From contig CM030334.1 of the NCBI GenBank assembly GCA_017654855.1, forward strand, positions 3,782,001-3,846,000: a stretch of 64,000 nt of DNA, written 5' to 3'. The number at the start of each line of letters is the position of its first letter. The first letter of the stretch is position 1. The position numbers and the translations under genes are program-made. This document shows, piece after piece, positions 60,139 through 64,000 of the stretch. The notes beneath the pieces were generated by a model. That model made no database searches. It had not been told where the DNA came from and was given only the letters and a program-made list of their open reading frames with translations. Origin of the DNA: Podospora anserina. Taxonomy: Eukaryota.

Positions 60139-62370
60139 CTATCGGCCAGAGTACCCGGAATCCTCAACGGTAGGGTAACTGCTCTTTCTCGCATGCGTAT
60201 TCCACTTCTCCGACTCGACCTTCCCCCTCTTGACGCTCCCGGCATAAACCACCTCTTGTCGGTAGTCATGATACGCACTCGGCTCTTCCTGCTCGTCTGC
60301 CTTGACATCTCGTTGGTGTCGTCTGTTGGCGGCTGTGTCGCCAGGAGCAAAACTGTTAGGTCTGCTCCCAAACTTCACGCCCCATCTGTCACCGCCCAGA
60401 CCGCGTGTCTTGTCGTTCTGCGTCATCCTGACCAGCGCGTAGACCACACCCCCAAGAACAATGATGACATAAACCAGAAGAAGTGCCAGCGAGATGAGCG
60501 CCTCTTGAACGATGCCGCTCTGCAGCTTGCTCACGACCTTGGCCACCGCGTCCGTAATCTCATCCGTCGTGACACTAGCAGGCGTAGCCAGGAAGCTGGT
60601 CAGCTCACCGTCGCCATTGACGCTGTCGTTGGCTCCGGCACTGAACATATCATTGCGGAAGAGCGGCAGCGTCACCTTGGCGTGGTCATGCACCCACGTC
60701 AGCCCCTTCTCAACCGTGTCAATCTTTCGCAAAATGACACAGCCAACGATGTCCCTGGCCACGTTGAACAGAACGGTGTCTTTGAAGACGGCCTCGACCG
60801 CCTTGCTGATCTCGTCTTCAAAGGTGTTGAGAGTGTTGTTGACGGCCTTCGTGGCGTTGGTGACGTAACCGAGGACGTCGTTGTTGATGTCGTTCTGCAG
60901 GCCCAGGATCACTCCGTTCGCACCATCCGACCAGTCCGTCGAGACAGCCTGTAATGTGCCAACAACATCTTCGGCAAAGTTGCCGACTTGAGTAGCGAGC
61001 TCCGGAGCCTTATTCTGGACAGCCCTCAGCATCAAGTACTGGCAGAAGCAGCTAAAGAACCCAGCCATGGCCAAGGCAAGAACGAACAGCGCCGGCAGCG
61101 AAGTGGCATAGGCCACCGTCCACCGCGCCAGAAGGTGGTTCCTGCCAGTCATCCTGAACCGCTTCCCAAGCCAGATTCCCGCACCAGCAGTCATCGGCCG
61201 GCCAGCAATATAGACCACATCCATCGGGTCGTAGCCATGCTCGGTAAACACTCTGGCCCTCTCCTTCTCCTTTCTCCAGCGGCGAATCTCAATCCAGCCC
61301 ATGAGGATGATGGCCAGAACGGCCAGAATAGGGATGGCTACCAAGAAGGCAATCTTGGCTTTGGCGATGATCTCGAAGAGCGATTGGAAAAAGTCGTTGA
61401 GGAACGAGTTGGACGAGCAGAATGAAAGAGCCTGCTTCTGCGCAACGGGGAAGACGGTCTTGTCGAACTGGTAGTTGCCAAAGCTGGAGTTGAGCTGCTC
61501 TCTGACGAACTGGAACGGGATGCCAATGGCGTTCTTGGTGAAATTCTCTACCTGGTCGAAGGTAGGCACCTTCTTGTCGAGCTTGACGATGCTATCAACC
61601 ATATCCGTCGAGTTGATGTTGATGTCCTTGAGGTCAGCAAGGGGGCGGCTGATGTCAATCTTAGGAATCGAAATGGGGCCGATCAAGTTGCCTGCGAAAT
61701 TGCCGACTGCATCACCGACGTTCTCGAGAGCTTTCTGTACATCCTCGATAGTCTCTGAAATCTGACCAGTGAGGGTGCCAATGGCATCGTTCATGAACTT
61801 TGTTGCCGCCTCGATGCCCTTAGCGCCAACCTCGAGGGCACCGTGGATAAGAGCTGCAATGAGACAGGCCCATGTGCCAACGTACATGTTGATGACAAAG
61901 TAAACCAGGTTCTCGACCCCAGTGAGGATCAACATCAGGATCTGAACCATGGCAGAAACAGCCTTCTCAATTCCTTCCGCCGCCATCGAGTTGACACCCA
62001 CAGACAAGTAATGAGGCATGGACGCCATGGCACTCCCGACATCTTCGACCTTGGTGCATGCTGAGAGAGCTTTGACTTTGGCATCGCCGATATTGTCGTT
62101 GAGGCTGCCGGTGAGGAGGAGGACGCGGACGAGGACGAGGATGAGGAGAACGGTCCATCGGTTGAACCAGAGCTGAGAGAGCCTGGCGCGGAGGCCGAGG
62201 TAAGGAGTGACGGTGGGATCGGTGTGGGCGTGTGGTTGAAGCTTGGGAGCGGCCTGATTTTGCTGACTTCTATCGAGGTCGATCATCTCCCAGGAGTTGG
62301 CGTTGAGGCTGGCGGGAACAGGCGGCACCGGGGTTGGCCCTCCGGCCCTGCCCTTCTCGTCGTAGGTCAT
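60139..62370 (-). CDS. PRM1: Plasma membrane fusion protein Prm1
   Basis: PYLGLRARLSQLWFNRWT, ALSACTKVEDVGSAMASMPHY, T.ACL, LSFCS, CVILRKI..VEKGLTWVHDHA and several TM segments. Confidence 0.93.
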   Translation of the reverse strand: MTYDEKGRAGGPTPVPPVPASLNANSWEMIDLDRSQQNQAAPKLQPHAHTDPTVTPYLGLRARLSQLWFNRWTVLLILVLVRVLLLTGSLNDNIGDAKVKALSACTKVEDVGSAMASMPHYLSVGVNSMAAEGIEKAVSAMVQILMLILTGVENLVYFVINMYVGTWACLIAALIHGALEVGAKGIEAATKFMNDAIGTLTGQISETIEDVQKALENVGDAVGNFAGNLIGPISIPKIDISRPLADLKDININSTDMVDSIVKLDKKVPTFDQVENFTKNAIGIPFQFVREQLNSSFGNYQFDKTVFPVAQKQALSFCSSNSFLNDFFQSLFEIIAKAKIAFLVAIPILAVLAIILMGWIEIRRWRKEKERARVFTEHGYDPMDVVYIAGRPMTAGAGIWLGKRFRMTGRNHLLARWTVAYATSLPALFVLALAMAGFFSCFCQYLMLRAVQNKAPELATQVGNFAEDVVGTLQAVSTDWSDGANGVILGLQNDINNDVLGYVTNATKAVNNTLNTFEDEISKAVEAVFKDTVLFNVARDIVGCVILRKIDTVEKGLTWVHDHAKVTLPLFRNDMFSAGANDSVNGDGELTSFLATPASVTTDEITDAVAKVVSKLQSGIVQEALISLALLLVYVIIVLGGVVYALVRMTQNDKTRGLGGDRWGVKFGSRPNSFAPGDTAANRRHQRDVKADEQEEPSAYHDYRQEVVYAGSVKRGKVESEKWNTHARKSSYPTVEDSGYSGR

Positions 62371-64000
62371 TTTGTTATAAGGAAACTAGTGAAGGTATCT
62401 TGATCCAGCCAAGAATAATGGATTGTTGTGTGTATCGTGTATCTCGTTGCCGTATGTATGTATGTACCTCGATGATATCGTTGATGAGTATGGAAACCGA
62501 AATAGGAAACTGAGTAGCAAATAAGAAGTCAAGGAAATGGAAAAAGAAAATGACAGAAGAAAAATGACAGACTCAAGCAAGCCAGGTGAGCATGATTGAG
62601 GGTGAACTGCCACGCGAAACAACAGTGGCGATGGACAATGGAGGAAAAGAGACAATGGGACTGTGTCGCGAAACAATGACGAGGGGCAGGTGTTGACAAT
62701 AAGAGAAAGCGAATGAATAGTGAATACACGGCCCGCACATGACCCAGGGCCCCAGACGATAGAGACAGGGCTGCTCTTTGTCGGTGTCGACAAAGCCATA
62801 CAAGGTGAATTGCAACGCCATCTTGAAGCGCTCGCCTTAAGCGCCGGGGGCATGTGAGCCAGTCGTTTCTCCGTCCGGGGTCCTCCGGGGCGGCTGCCGA
62901 AACCACGTCGTCAAACTGCGAGGCGACCTTACATGACGGTCAGTCTCTGTTGATTGAACAGGATAAAAGTGGCTGAACCCGATCTTGCATTCAACGGTCT
63001 TGTCACATCGTGGGAGGAAACTCTGCGAGATCTGGCATCGGCTGTCACCAGGGCACTACCCGTCACGGAACCGGAGGATTTTGAGAGTTGAGTGTCCGCA
63101 TGATTGACTGCTGGTGTTTGTTGTGTTGTGCATATCCATGTGTCGGCTCTGCGTGCCAGCCCAGTCGTCGCTCATGGCTAGGATGATGATGGAACTTGAA
63201 GAAGATGACGATGCGAAACTGGAGGTGAATTATTGGAGTTGCTCAGTTGTGGTTCAAACCGCACCATCGAATGCCAAGCCACACCTGCCTGCTGCCCTGA
63301 GGCCAGCCACCCGCCTCACTTGCTGCCCGTTATTCTGCCTTCCAGCATATCGTACTTCAATACCTTGAAAGCTGATTCTTCCGATGATTCTCCATTCAAC
63401 ATCTCAACTTACTTACACCATTGAGGTGACTCATCAAGTTGACCTCGCAGAGATCCCTTTATGAGCCGTCACTCTCAGAGTTGTGCCAAGAGTCAAGACC
63501 AGACGGACGAGCTTGCCAATTGATTGGTTGACGTTGCTCAGGAACGGCGGCTACCAGCGATCCACTTTGCCGGGGCGGGAGCTGTCAGCCAATCAACCAT
63601 CCAAGATCCCTAGCTTTAATTCTCAAAATAGCTTTCTTGCCATCTCTTTGTTTTCTAAGACCACGCGACAATAACGCCTGGGGAAATTTGGTTTCGTCGG
63701 GGATATTATCTCATTCTGGAGCTACTAGTTTATCTTGGTGGCCGAAGCCAGGACATATCAATGCCATGCGCAACATGAGTGTAGAGAGTCAAAAACAATC
63801 TGCAAGGGAACTCGGTAGCAGAGTATTGATTTGATTAGCTGATGAGAGCAGAGCGAGTGACAGTTTCCAGGTAATGCTTTCTTGTCTTTATGCTCATCAT
63901 AGCTTCGCCATTCTGTTTGGCCTGCTCTTCCAGCCAAGAGAAATCATGTCGATATTCCTAGGGGTAAAGCCGTAAGGCAGCTGGAGCATGTTGAAGAAAA

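Noticed and set aside
1-64000. CRISPR arrays, rRNA genes or intact transposons
   Set aside because: None seen: no repeat-spacer arrays, transposase or reverse-transcriptase ORFs, or terminal repeats that I could detect by eye.

Overview
This is 64 kb of a filamentous ascomycete genome, most likely a Sordariales, Podospora-like fungus, judged from short GT-AG introns with CTAAC branch sites, a HET gene and a RIP-like AT-rich patch. It holds about 21 protein genes. The conserved housekeeping genes are RFC3, a KH/FUBP-like RNA-binding protein, FBP26, HAS1, tryptophan synthase, PRM1 and a CM1-domain MTOC protein. Between them lie accessory genes: a UDP-glycosyltransferase, a PTH11-like membrane protein, two MFS transporters, a DUF829/PaxU-like protein, an aspartic protease, a P450, a secreted Cys-rich protein, gfa, a toxin-like orphan, a degenerate SDR and a HET protein. 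There are also two intron-containing tRNAs, two probable pseudogenes and several microsatellites. The most striking signal is that two unrelated genes, a large orphan (stop at 25184) and PRM1 (stop at 60141), each have a UAG stop inside a 7-nt hairpin loop. In both, the A sits at the tRNA 'position 34' and an in-frame coding-like extension follows. These are candidate tRNA-anticodon-mimic stop codons switched off by sexual-stage A-to-I editing. All calls come from reading the sequence; no searches were run.
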